This document shows positions 10,779 through 21,063 of a stretch of DNA of 64,000 nucleotides, one piece after another. The DNA is taken from NCBI RefSeq assembly GCF_036365525.1, contig NC_090415.1:13144001-13208000 (forward strand), in the 5' to 3' direction. A program made the position numbers and the translations under genes. The stretch comes from Heterodontus francisci. Lineage: Eukaryota. Each line of letters starts with the position of its first letter. Position 1 is the first letter of the stretch. A model generated the notes under the pieces. The model saw nothing but the letters and a program-made list of their open reading frames with translations, was not told the origin of the DNA and searched no databases.

Positions 10779-11885
10779 TCCTGGCCCAGTAACCCAGTTC
10801 ACTTCAGCCAGCTCAGCTTTCGTGCCCACATATCTGCCCTTATTTAAGTTTAAAATACTAGTCTTACATCCACTTCTCTCATTTTCAAACTGGATGCAAA
10901 CCTCAATCATATTGTGATCATTGCTACCAAGAGGTGCATATACTCTGAGGTCATTAATTAATCCTGTCAAATTACACAGTACCAAGTCTAATATAACCTG
11001 CTCACTGGATGGTTCTAGAAGATACTGCTCAAAGAAACTACTTCGAAAGCATTCTATGAACTCCTCATACCGGCTTCTATTACCAATCTGATTTTTTCCA
11101 GTTTTTATGAAGATTAAAATCACCCATGATTATTTCCATCTCTTTATCACAAGCACCCATTAGTTATTCTTGTAGACTTCATCCTACATTGTGATTACTG
11201 TCTGCGGGCCTGTAGACTACTCCCACTAGTGCCTTTTTTCCCTGACTGTTCCTCATCTCCAGCCAAACCAATTCTACATCCTGATCTCCTGAACCAAGGA
11301 CATGTCCAAATATTGCACTGATGCCAATCTTGATTAACAGTGCCACCCCTCCAACTTTACCTAGCTTCCTGTTCTTCTTGAATGTTTCACACCCCTCAAT
11401 ATTGAGGACACAATCCTTGTCATCCTGCAGCCATGTCTCCATAATGGCTATTAGATCATATTTATTTCCTTCAACATGTGCTATCAGTTTCTTTACTTTG
11501 TTATGAATGCTCTGTGCATTCACATACAGAGCCTTTAGTTTTATCTTTTTGTTATCTTTGTAACATCTAGTGTTGACTGTTGGTCAGCTCTTAGTTTTTT
11601 TTCCTCTGTGTCCCTTCCTGCCATTCTCTGGCCTTCATTTCCCCGGTTACTATTCTGTTTTCCTGCCTTGACTCTATCCCTTGATTTGTTACATCTGCTA
11701 AAGCTTGTTCCTCTACCCCTTTGTTTAGATCAAGTAACTCTCTACATCCCTAGTTATACGGTTTGCTCGAACACTGGTCCCAGTTTGGCTCAGGTATAAA
11801 CTGTCCGAACGGTACAGCCTCCACTTTCCCTAGTACTGGTGCCAGTGCCCCACAAACTGAACCTGACTTCTCCCACACCAGTCTT
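10779..11885 (-). mobile_element. old CR1 5' part: APE endonuclease and ORF1 esterase remnant
   Basis: NAQSIHNK..DLIAIMETWL..GGVALLIK..VGVVYRP..LDLVLCN..LGSNDHN. Confidence 0.88.
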
Positions 11886-11889
11886 GGTG

Positions 11890-13710
11890 GGTGTAAGTTT
11901 CACTGTATATCTCTCAATCCCTAGTCTACAATTTACCTCTGTCATTTTGGGATTTTGAGTGTGGCTTTATCTGTACCTGTCAGTTTGTTTTGTGTGAGTA
12001 ACGTCTAATTCTGTACCTTTCAGCTTTTGGTGTGTGTGTGTTCTGGCTTGTACTTTGTCCCCATCAGTATATGGTATGTGAGTGTGGATTTGACACTTAA
12101 TATTACATTCTTGTGTATATGAGTGGGAGTTCACACTTTATCTTTGATTGTCTAGTAGCCAATTTAAGGTTTAACCTGCGCCCTTAAATGTCTCATGTGT
12201 AGCTGTGGTTTTTAACCTGTCTCTGTCACTGTCTGATATAAGAGTAAGGGTTTCAGTCTGGTTTTTGAGTGTGGAATTTACACCACATCTCTACATTCTC
12301 TCGGATGTGAAGGTGAGTTTTAATCTGTACATGCCAGTTTCTGACATTTGGCTGTGAGGATTACTTTGTACATTGTCATTCTCTGATATGTGACTGCCAA
12401 TTTTATTCTGAACTTGTCAGTTTATTTTCTGTCTGTGTGAGTTTTAACCTGTATCTGTCAGTGTCTGATATCTGAATCTTCTTAATTATGTGTGTGTTGT
12501 TCTGTATCTGTCAGTGTCTGAAGTGCAATTGTCAGGTTTACTTTGTACCTGTCAGTGTCTGTTGTGGATGAGAGAGTTTCACTCTCTAACTGTTAACTTC
12601 TTGCAATTCATTATGGATTTCACTCTGTGTCTGTCAGTCTCTGGTAGTTAAGTGCGGCATTTATACTGTATCTCCTCATTTCTGATATGTGAATGTAGAT
12701 ATTAATGTGTACCTGTTGGTTTCTCCTATGAGAGTCTGGGCTAAAATCAGTTTCTGCCAGTTTCTCATATGTGAGGGTGGCATTTATTCAGTACCTGTTA
12801 CTGTCTGAATTGTGAGAAGGTTTTAATCTTTCTCTGTCAGTTGCTGGTGTGTGAAGGTGGGTTTATTTTGGATCTTTCAATTTTTGGAATTTGAGTCTGT
12901 GCTTTACCCTATATCTGTTTGTTTCTGTGAAGTGAATGAGGGATTAAATCTGTACCTGCACATTGATAGTAAATGAATGTAGTTTTTAGTCTGTACCTGT
13001 CAGTTTATGAAAAATGAAGGTGGTTTTATTTCTCTATCTGCCAGATTCTGATATGTGACTGTTGTTTTATTCTGTACCTGTTATTTTCTGGGATATGATT
13101 GCAGTTTTTGATCTGTATCTGTCAGTTTCTATTACTTGAGTAAGTTTTACTTTGCACCAGTTGTCTTCTGGTATGTGAGTGTTGCTTTTAAGCTGGACCC
13201 GTAAAGTTAAGGTAATATAGTGTGGTTTTATTCTGTATCTTTCAAACTCTAGTCTGTGACATGGGGCCTTTTTCTGAATCTGTCGATTTCAGCTCTGTAA
13301 CTGTAAGTTTTAATCTGCAACTTACAGTTCCTGATAGGTGTGTGAGCACATTTTCTTTTCTTCTGCAGCTATCAATGTCTGGTACAGAGGATGTGTGTTA
13401 TTCTTATCTTTCAATTTCTGTCATTGAAGAATTGCTTTTCCTTTGAACATCTCAGTCTCTGCAACGTGTCCATGGGTTTTACATGGTAACTGTCTCTGTT
13501 AAGTGACTCTGGTGTGATTCTCTATCCGACAGTCTCTTGCATGTGAGTGGTTTTATTTTCTTCTCTGTAACTGTCAGTTTCCCTTCAGTGGCTGGAGGTT
13601 TTAATCTTTACTTAAACTCTTTAATAATTTGTAAATGTGAATTTCACTCTGTGTCTGTCTGTTTACATTCTATGAATTTTGTAAACATCAGTTTCAGGTT
13701 TGTGAGGGTG
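11890..13710. repeat. degenerate ~40-41 bp tandem repeat block
   Basis: e.g. TCTxTAxCTG recurs at 13031, 13071, 13112. Confidence 0.8.
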
Positions 13711-13714
13711 AGAT

Positions 13715-14370
13715 TCTCTGTCTCCAGGATGCGTCCCTCTTGTGAGATTGACAGAGTGCATTTTAATCTGATAGTGGGTTCTGCTTTTGAACTTTACCTA
13801 ACTTTCAGCAGTATTGATTTGGAATTGATTGGATACAATGTCTCTCTCTTCTGTTTTGTTTGATTGCTGAATTGGAAATGTGTCTCTGAACTTGGGATCA
13901 GTGAGAGTTTGACTACATCTGCTCCTTGTGACTCTGGCATGAACTGAAGGCCTATGGGAGTGGTACTGTACCTTGTCTGTGATGGAAGGAGCCGACTGCA
14001 CTTTCCCTTGTTCCTGGGAATCATCACATTCATTCTGCTCCCTTGAACTATTCACCGACAGTAAGGAAGAAAACTATGTATTGTAAGTCACGAGCAGTTG
14101 AGGTGGAAGCTAGAAAAGAGATTAATGTAACATTTCAATTAATAACCATTATGACTAATCACAAATGCTAACCAGAAATACAAAGAATATCACTGTCTGA
14201 TTCCACTGCAGCTCTCAGCATCTGCTGACGAGGTGTCTTGGCAGTTTCACAGCAATTTTGGGACATCCAGAAACAAGCCAACATCTACACTGCTCCAAGG
14301 TTGGAACGACCTGATCGAGCAGGGATATTTGTGCAGGTCAGGTTTCTATTTCCATCTGGCATTATAATGT
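13715..14370 (-). other. exon-like unique sequence of an unidentified gene, copy A (also ~18760-19415, ~52340-53000, ~57375-58035)
   Basis: not recognisable as a repeat; candidate minus-strand exons 14310-14173 and 14047-13798 with AG/GT borders join in an open frame; strand is uncertain. Confidence 0.35.
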
Positions 14371-14375
14371 AATAA

Positions 14376-15010
14376 CCTAAGAACTAGGAGCAGGAGTCAG
14401 CCATTCAGCCTCTCGCGCCTGATCCACCATTCAATAAAATCATGTCGGATTTGATCTTGGCTTCATTTCCATCATCCTGCCTGGCCAAAAACCCATTCCT
14501 CCCTTGTAGATCAAAAGTTTAACTCATCCTTGAATATATTTCATTTTCCAGCCTCCACTACTCTCTGGTGCAGAGAATTCCATAGATTAATGATGCTTTG
14601 AGAGAAGAAATTCTCCCTTACCTCTGTCTAAAATGGGAGACCCCTTATTCTAAAACTGTGCAACGTGGTTCTTGATTCCCTCAAGAGGGGAGATATCTTC
14701 TCAGCATCTACTCTATCAAGACCCCTCAGAATCTTACACTTTTCAATAAGATTAGCTCTGATTATTACTAATTCCAATGTTTGTAACACAAACTGCTCAA
14801 CCTTTTGCTCATAAGACAGCCTCTTCATCTCAGGAACCAACTGAACGAATCTTGCCTGAACTGCATCCAATGCACGTATGCACGAAGGAGACCACAACTG
14901 TATCCACTATTCCAGGTAATGTCTCACCAACACCCCGCAAATTTGTAGCAAAACATTCCTCCATTTATATTCCAGCCCCCTTGCAGTTAATGCCAAAAGT
15001 CCAGCTCTGT
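14376..15010 (-). mobile_element. decayed CR1 3' end (copies ~19420-20035, ~53005-53635, ~58038-58675)
   Basis: KILRGLDRVDAEK-type ORF2 C-terminus and CR1 tail. Confidence 0.8.
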
Positions 15011-15089
15011 TTTCACTATTCACTTTTCAATAACAACAAACAGCGTGAAACTGGAGCTAAACCAGGAACAAGCATTACAGGTTTGAGAA

Positions 15090-16935
15090 GCAATTTTTTT
15101 GTTCATTACTTCTGCCATTTCCTTATTACCAAACTTGAACTTCCAATTTTCATTCTCTCGAGGACCAACACTCACTTTACTTACACTTTTCCTTTTCAAA
15201 TGCCTGCAGAAACCCTTGCTATCCGTTATTGCATTTCCAGCCAGCTTACTCCCATGCTCTAATTTCTTTTCTCCTGATTAAACTTTGGTCAGAATATATA
15301 GAATGGCACAGAATGACTCAATCATCTGACCTACCACTCATCTTTGCACAATTCTCTGCCTTTTCATTCAGGTTGATGCCTTCCTTAACTTCTTTAATCA
15401 ACCTTGGATGGAGGATCCTCCCCTTGGAATTATTCTTTACAGTAGGGATATACTTATTTTAAAGTATTCTGAAATATCCACTTAAATGTCTGCCACTGCT
15501 TCTCAATTGATCAATTGATCCCAGTTCACTTCAGCTAGCTCAGCTTTCATGCCCACATAGTTGTCCTTATTTAAGCTTAAAATATTAGTCTTAGACCCAC
15601 TCCTCTCACTTTCAAACTGGATGCAAACTTCAATCATATTGTGATCATTGCTACCAAGAGGTGCATTTACTCTGAGGTCATTAATTAATCCTGTCAAATT
15701 GCACAATGCCAAATCGAGCAAGTTCTAGAACATGCTGCTGGAAGAAACTATCTCGAAAGCACTCTGTGAACTCCTCATACAGGCTTCTATTACCAATCTC
15801 ATTCTTTCCAGTTTATAATTATTTACTTCAGACATACAGCACTGAAACAGGCCCTTCAGTCCATCGAGTCTGTGCCAACCATCAACCACCCATTTAGACT
15901 AATCCTACATTAATCCCATATTCCTAACCCATCCCCACCTTTCCTCAATTCTCCTACCACCTACCGAAACTCGGGGCAATTTATAATAGCCAATTTACCT
16001 ATCAACCTGCAAGCCTTTGGCTGTGGGAGGAAACTGGAGCACCCGGCGAAAACCCACAGAGTCACAAGGAGAACTTGCAAACTCCGCACAGGCAGTACAC
16101 AGAATTGGACCTGGGTCGCTGGAGCTGTGAAGCTGCGGTGCTAACCACTGCACCACTGTGTTGTTTAAAAACACCTGTGATTCTTTCCATCTCATTATCA
16201 CAAGCACCCAATAGATATTCTTGTATCCTTCATCCTAAATTGTGATTACTGCCTGGGGGCCTGTAGACTATTCCGACTAGTGCCTCTTTCCCTGACTATT
16301 CCTCATCTCCACTCAAACCGATTCTACATCCTGATCTCCTGAACCAAGGTCATGTCTAACTATTGCACCAATACGATCCTTGATTAACAGTGCCAAACAT
16401 CCACCTTTACCTAGCTTCCTATTCTTCTTGAATGTTACATATCCCTCAATATTGAGGACCCAATCCTTGTCATCCTGCAGCCATGTCTCCATAATGGCTA
16501 TTAGATCATATTTATTTACTTCAACGTGTGCTATCAGTTCCTCTACTTTGTTATGAATTCTATGTGCATTCACATAAAGGGCCTTTGGTGTTATCTTTTT
16601 GTTATCTTTGTCACATCTAGTGTTGACTGTTGGTCTGCTCTAAGGTTATTTTTCTCTGCCCCTTCCAGCCATTCTCTGGCCTTCATTTCCCCTGTTACTA
16701 TTGTGTTCTCCTGCCTTGACTCTACCCCTTGATTTGTTACATCTACAAAAGCTTGATGCCTCTACCACTTTGTTTAGATCAAGTACCTCTCTACATCCCT
16801 AGTTATATGGTTTTCTCGAACACTGGTCCCAGCTTGGTTCAGGTGTAGACTGTCCAAACGGTACAGCCTCCAGTTTCCCTAGTACTGGTACCAGTGCCCG
16901 ACGAAGCGATCCTCACTTCTCCCACACCAGTCTTG
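15090..16935 (-). mobile_element. old CR1 endonuclease region, internal duplicate of 8115-8549 plus 10779-11885
   Basis: ORFs 15503-15721 and 16313-16573 match those at 10.8-11.5 kb; interrupted by a SINE. Confidence 0.85.
15815..16161 (-). mobile_element. HE1-like V-SINE, full length
   Basis: tRNA-derived head with A-box (GTGGTGCAGTGGTTAGC) and B-box-like motif, V-core, CR1 tail. Confidence 0.88.
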
Positions 16936-16939
16936 GCGG

Positions 16940-18750
16940 GTGGAGTTTCACTGTATATCTCAATCCCTGGTCTACAATTTACCTCTGTCGGTTTCAGTTT
17001 TGGAATGTGGCTTTATCTGTACCTGTCAGTTTGTTTTATGTGAGAAATGTCTTATTCTGTACCTTACAGCTTCTGGTGTATGCGTATCTGGCTTATACTT
17101 TGTCCCCATCAGTATATGGTATGTGATTGTGGATTTGACACAATATTACATTCTTGTGTATATGAGTGGGGGTTCACACTTTATCTTTGATTGTCTAGTA
17201 TGCCAATTTAAGGTTTAACCTGTGCCCTTAAAGTCTCATGTGTAGCTGAGGCCTTGAACCTGTCCCTGTCTGGTATAAGAGTAAGAGTTTCAGTGTGGAT
17301 TTTACATCACATCTCTCCACGCTCTCGGATGTGAATGTGATTTTTAATCTGTACATGCCAGTTTCTGACACTGGCTGTGAGGTTTACTTTGTATATTGTC
17401 ATTCTCTGAAATGTGACTGCCAATTTTATTCTGAACCTGTCAGTTTTTTTTCTCTGTGTGTGAGTTTTAGCCTGTATCTGTCAGTATCTGATATATGAAT
17501 GTTCTTAATTATGTGTGTGTTGTTCTGTATCTATCAGTGTCTGAAGTGCAATTGTTAGGTTTACTTTGTATCTGTCAGTGTCTGTTGTGGATGAGAGACT
17601 TTCACTCTCTGTCAATTTCTTGCAATTCACTATGGATTTCACACTGTGTCTGTCAGTCTCTGGTAGGTAAGTGTGGCAGTTATACTGTATCTCCTAATTC
17701 CTGATATGTGAATGTAGATTTTAATGTGTACCTGTTGGTTTCTCCTTTGTAAGTCTTTTTACAATCTGTTTCTGCCAGTTTCTCATATGTGAGGGTGGCA
17801 TTTATTGTGTACCTGTTACTTTGCGAAATGTGGGAGGATTTTAATCTTTCTCTGTCAGTTGCTGGTATGTGAATGTGAGTTAATTCTCGATCTTTCAATC
17901 TTTGGAATTTGAGAACATGCTTTACCCTATATCTGTTTGCTTCTGTTAAGTGAATGAGGGATTAAATCTGTACCTGTCCATTGATAGTAAATGAATGTAG
18001 TTTTTAGTCTGTACCTGTCAGTTTATGGAAAATGAAAGTGGATTTATTTCACTATCTGACAGATTCTGATATCTGACTGTTGTTTTATTCTTTACCTGTT
18101 ATTTTCTGGGATATGATTGTGGTTTTTGATCTGTACCTATCAGTTTCTGTTACTTGAGTGAGTTTTACTTTGCACCAGTTGTCTTCTGGTATGTGAGTGT
18201 CAGTTTTAAGCTGCACCTGGATGATAGGTTAAACCTTAAGGTTTGATGTTGTGGGTTTATTCTGTCTCTTTCAAACTCTATTCTGTGACATGGGGCCTAT
18301 CTCTGAATCAGTCGATTTCTGCTCTGTAACTGTACGTTTTAATATGCAGCTTACAGTTCCTGATAGGTTTATGAGCATATTTTCTTTGTCTGCAGTTATC
18401 AATGTCTATTACATGAGTATGTCTGTTATTCCTAGATTTCAATTTCTGTTATTGAAGAATTGATTTTCCTTTGTACTTCTCTGTCTCTGCAATGTGTCAT
18501 GTCTGTTACTGGTAACTGTCTGTCTCTGTTAGGTGACTCTGGTTTTATTCTCTATCGGACAGTCTCTTGCCTGTGAGGGGTTTTATTTTCTTCTCTGTAT
18601 CTGTCAGTTTCTCTTCTGTGGCTGAAGGTTTTAATCTTTACTTAAACTCTTTAATAATTTGGAAATGTGAATTTCACTTTGTGCCTGTCTGTTTACATTA
18701 TATGAATGTGTTTATTTTTATTTTGTCAACATCAGTTTCAGGCATGTGAG
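16940..18750. repeat. degenerate ~40-41 bp tandem repeat block
   Basis: paralog of 11890-13710. Confidence 0.8.
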
Positions 18751-20159
18751 GGTGAGATTCACTGTCTCCAGGATGCACCCTCTTGTGAGATTGACAGAGT
18801 GTCTTTTAATCTGATAGTGGGTTCTGCTTTTGAACTTTACCTAACTTTCAGCAGTATTGATTTGGAATGGATTGGATACAATGTCTGTCTCTTCTGATTT
18901 GTTTAATTACTGGATTGGAAATGTGTCTCTAAACTTGGGATCGGTGAGAGTTTGACTACATCTGCTTCTTGTGACAATGCCATGAACTGAAGGCCTATGG
19001 GAGTGGTACTGTACCTTGTCTGTGATGGAAGGAGCCGACTGCACTTGCCCTTGTGCCTGGGAATCATCACATTCATTCTGCTCCCTTGAACTATTCACCG
19101 ACAGTAAGGAAGAAAACTATGTCTTGTAAGTCACGAGCATTTGAGTTGGAAGCTAGAAAAGAGATTAATGTAACATTTCAATTTATAATCATTATGACTA
19201 ATCACAAATGCTAACCAAAAATACAAAGAATATCACTGTCTGATTCCACTGCAGTTCTTAGCATCTGTTGACGAGGTTTGTTGGCAGTTTCACAACAATT
19301 TTTGGACATCCAGAAACAAGCCAACATCTACACTGCTCCAAGGTTGGGATGACCTGATGGAGCAGGGATATTTGTGCAGGTCAGGTTTCTATTTCCATCT
19401 GGCATTATAATGTAATAACCTAAGAATTCGGAGCAGGAGTCAGCCATTCAGCCTCTCCAGCCTGATCCACCATTCAATAAAATCATGTCTGATTTGATCT
19501 TGGCTTCAGCTCCATTATCCTGCCTGGCCAAAAACCCATTCCTCCCTTGTAGATCAAAAAATTAACTCATCCTTGAATATATTTAATCATCCAGCCTCCA
19601 CTGCTCTCTGGAGTAGAAAATTCCATAGATTAATGACGCTTTGAGAGAAGAAAGTCTTCCTTACCTCCGTCTAAAGTGGGAGACCCCTTATTCTGAAACT
19701 GTGCGGCGTGGTTCTTGATTCCCTCAAGAGGGGAGATATCTTCTCAGCATCTACTCTGTCAAGAACACTCAGAATCTTACACTTTTCAATAAGATTCGCT
19801 CTGATTATTACAAACTCCAATGAGTGTAACACAACCTGCTCAACCTTTTCCTCTTAACGCAACCTCTTCATCACAGGAAGCAACGGAACGAACCTTGCCT
19901 GAACTGCATCCATTGCACGTATATATCCCTCATGAGCGAAGGAGACCACAACTGTATCCAATACTCCAGGTGAGGTCTCACCAACAACTGACGTTTATAT
20001 TCCATCCCCCTTGCAATAAATGCCAACAGTCCGGCTCTGTTTTCACTATTCACTTATCAATAACAACAAACAGCGTGAAATAGGAGCTAAACCAGGAACA
20101 AGCATTACAGGTTTGAGGATAAAAACAGCCATGAATTTCAACAGCAGCTTCTTCACGTT

Positions 20160-20640
20160 TTGTCTCACTTACTCAGTGCAGACGCAGCCCAAGAAATGCC
20201 TCTGCCTTCCGCCGCTCACTCCATGTTACCGGATCACTTCCTGCCTCACTCTGTCTCTTGCAAACAACTCGCAACCCTCCTGAACTTGCCCCAAAGTCAA
20301 TGACGATCTCTGAGCCAGATTGCGGACAAGTTTCCCCAAACAAAGTGCTGCTGGAAGGAGACTGCTGTTTGCTGACTTACCCCGATACTGTAATATCTCC
20401 ATTCCCTCTGTTAAAAACAAACCCTTTCCCCTCTTTGAATAAATGCCGTTCAATAGCTTTGCAGGCACAGGGGAGCGCATGCGCTCAGTCAGTCAACAAC
20501 TCTCAGAGGTGTGGGCGGGGCTTTACCGCGCATGCGCTTCTTTCGGCAACGCTTTGAAAAACAAAAATACAAACAATTGGAACTTTATTCAGTTCAGTTT
20601 TTTCACATTTTGAGCAATGGAACAGGGGCTGCGGGTAAGA
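20160..20640. promoter_or_regulatory. CpG-rich NRF1/Sp1/ETS promoter with splice donors on both sides
   Basis: GCGCATGCGC at 20475-20484 and 20528-20537, GGGCGGGG 20513-20520, CAGGAAGT on minus ~20236-20243; GTAAGT donors on minus at 20380 and 20172, GTAAGA on plus at 20635. Confidence 0.65.
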
Positions 20641-21063
20641 TAGAGAAGGTTCCCATCTGGGAGATTACCCCTTTATAAAGTTCAATTTGAGATTATTCTC
20701 TGCAGTATGTTTGCCCAGTTTCTCAAAGCAATCCTTGGAGGGAGTCGGTGTGTTTGCTGGGATCGCGCAGGATTTAATATCTGACAATAACAGTCCTAGA
20801 TTCATGTAATCACATTGAAAATGTCGGTCACTGAGTGTCACAGCGAACGGTTCGAGCTGAAACATTGCAGAGACCTCAACAGGGCAGAAAAAAAGTTACA
20901 TTTGGGACATTGTGTGACTCACTTTCGGACACGTCCTCAGATTGTGAGATTAATAATGTGGCTGCTTGTGGCACCATATAAGTGAGAGATAAGTTTGTAT
21001 CGTCGGTCTCCCCGGGTGGATCTTTCGAGATAAAACGAATCTGACATTTCAGCCCACAACTCA

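Noticed and set aside
8550-11885. Autonomous active CR1
   Set aside because: Endonuclease N-terminus is out of frame, ORF1 is only a remnant, and each copy has a lesion
11890-13710. CRISPR-like array from the ~40 bp periodicity
   Set aside because: Units are degenerate and contiguous with no unique spacers, and there are no cas genes; vertebrate context
16940-18750. Hydrophobic Cys/Phe/Val-rich ORFs resembling membrane proteins
   Set aside because: Product of the T/G-rich tandem repeat; frames not preserved between paralogous blocks
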